36,446 bases of DNA, taken from the sequence record SRR2962707_691. One strand, written 5' to 3'. A program made the translations under genes and the position numbers. Below, piece after piece: positions 35,864 to 36,446 of this stretch (its first letter is position 1; every line of letters starts with the position of its first letter). The notes beneath the pieces were generated by a model that was not told the origin of the DNA, ran no database searches, and saw nothing but the letters and a program-made list of their open reading frames with translations.

Positions 35864-36446
35864 TTACTCCGCAGCCGACATGCGGTCGAGCGAGTAGGCG
35901 CCGCCGGGCTGGCCGTTGAGGTTGCGGAGGAACTTGATGCCTTCCTCGGCGATGTCGTCGCCGATCATGCGGTCGCTTTCGCCGTAGAGTTCCTTCATGT
36001 CGATGAAGGCGGCGTAGTTCATGGCCGTGCGGTCGGTGATGATGCCGGCCTTGAGGAGCGTCTTGATCAGGACACGGAAGATGTTGCTCGATTCCTGCAT
36101 GTCCTCGCGGATGGCGGCGTCCGTCATCGCTTCCATGAAGGCACCCTGCACCCACTCCCAGTCGAGGCCGACGGCGGTGTAGATGTGCTTCTTCTGCTCG
36201 GGGCTGCCGAGGTTGAAAAGCAGCACCTGGAAGACTTCCCAGGCCCAGTCCTCGATGGCGTCGCGCTCTTCCGTCTTCAGGTTCGGAATGGTGCGGTCGG
36301 CCCAGATCTTTCCGAACTTATGGTGGAAGGCTTCGTCCGTCATGGTGAGCTGCATCAGCTTCACCATGAGGGGATCGCGGCCATATTTGTAGAAGGAGGC
36401 GAAGGCACCCATCGCAAGGCCCTCGACCAGCATCTGCATGCCGACG
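35864..36446 (-). CDS. Ferritin-like diiron protein (AurF/N-oxygenase-like), 5' end outside the window
   Basis: QMLVEGLA...TDEAFHHKFG diiron E/ExxH motif; the frame is open to the window edge. Confidence 0.75.
   Translation of the reverse strand, partial: VGMQMLVEGLAMGAFASFYKYGRDPLMVKLMQLTMTDEAFHHKFGKIWADRTIPNLKTEERDAIEDWAWEVFQVLLFNLGSPEQKKHIYTAVGLDWEWVQGAFMEAMTDAAIREDMQESSNIFRVLIKTLLKAGIITDRTAMNYAAFIDMKELYGESDRMIGDDIAEEGIKFLRNLNGQPGGAYSLDRMSAAE

Overview
GC-rich alphaproteobacterial chromosome segment. The gene set resembles Parvibaculum or related Hyphomicrobiales, but that is inference only. The left half (~1.1-19.8 kb) is a visibly more AT-rich catabolic island. It carries a four-gene envelope transport module (Ycf48/BNR beta-propeller, MMPL-type RND, DUF1302-like beta-barrel, DUF1329-like periplasmic protein), a CoA ligase, a DUF1330 protein, an HSL-family lactonase/esterase, a Baeyer-Villiger monooxygenase, a TetR regulator, two atypical crotonases, two acyl-CoA dehydrogenases and an SDR. 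Three of its promoters share a tandem TGA-N8-TCA operator. Both island ends carry diverged, same-orientation remnants of one integrase-like gene that the ORF track does not connect. Just outside the island, a sigma54-type promoter precedes a small secreted protein with a strict (Asn-X)n tract. The right half is ordinary backbone: rluA, GIY-YIG, exoD, GST, egtBD, cspA, DUF1007 plus Ni/Co transporter, an ACAD pair plus acyl-CoA synthetase, a trypsin-like protease, an MsrQ-like protein with a divergent TetR, DUF1801 and a partial ferritin-like diiron protein. Two near-identical triple Pho-box-like arrays lie at 56-99 and 34539-34582. No rRNA, tRNA or CRISPR array was seen. All family assignments come from motif recognition by eye, not from database searches.
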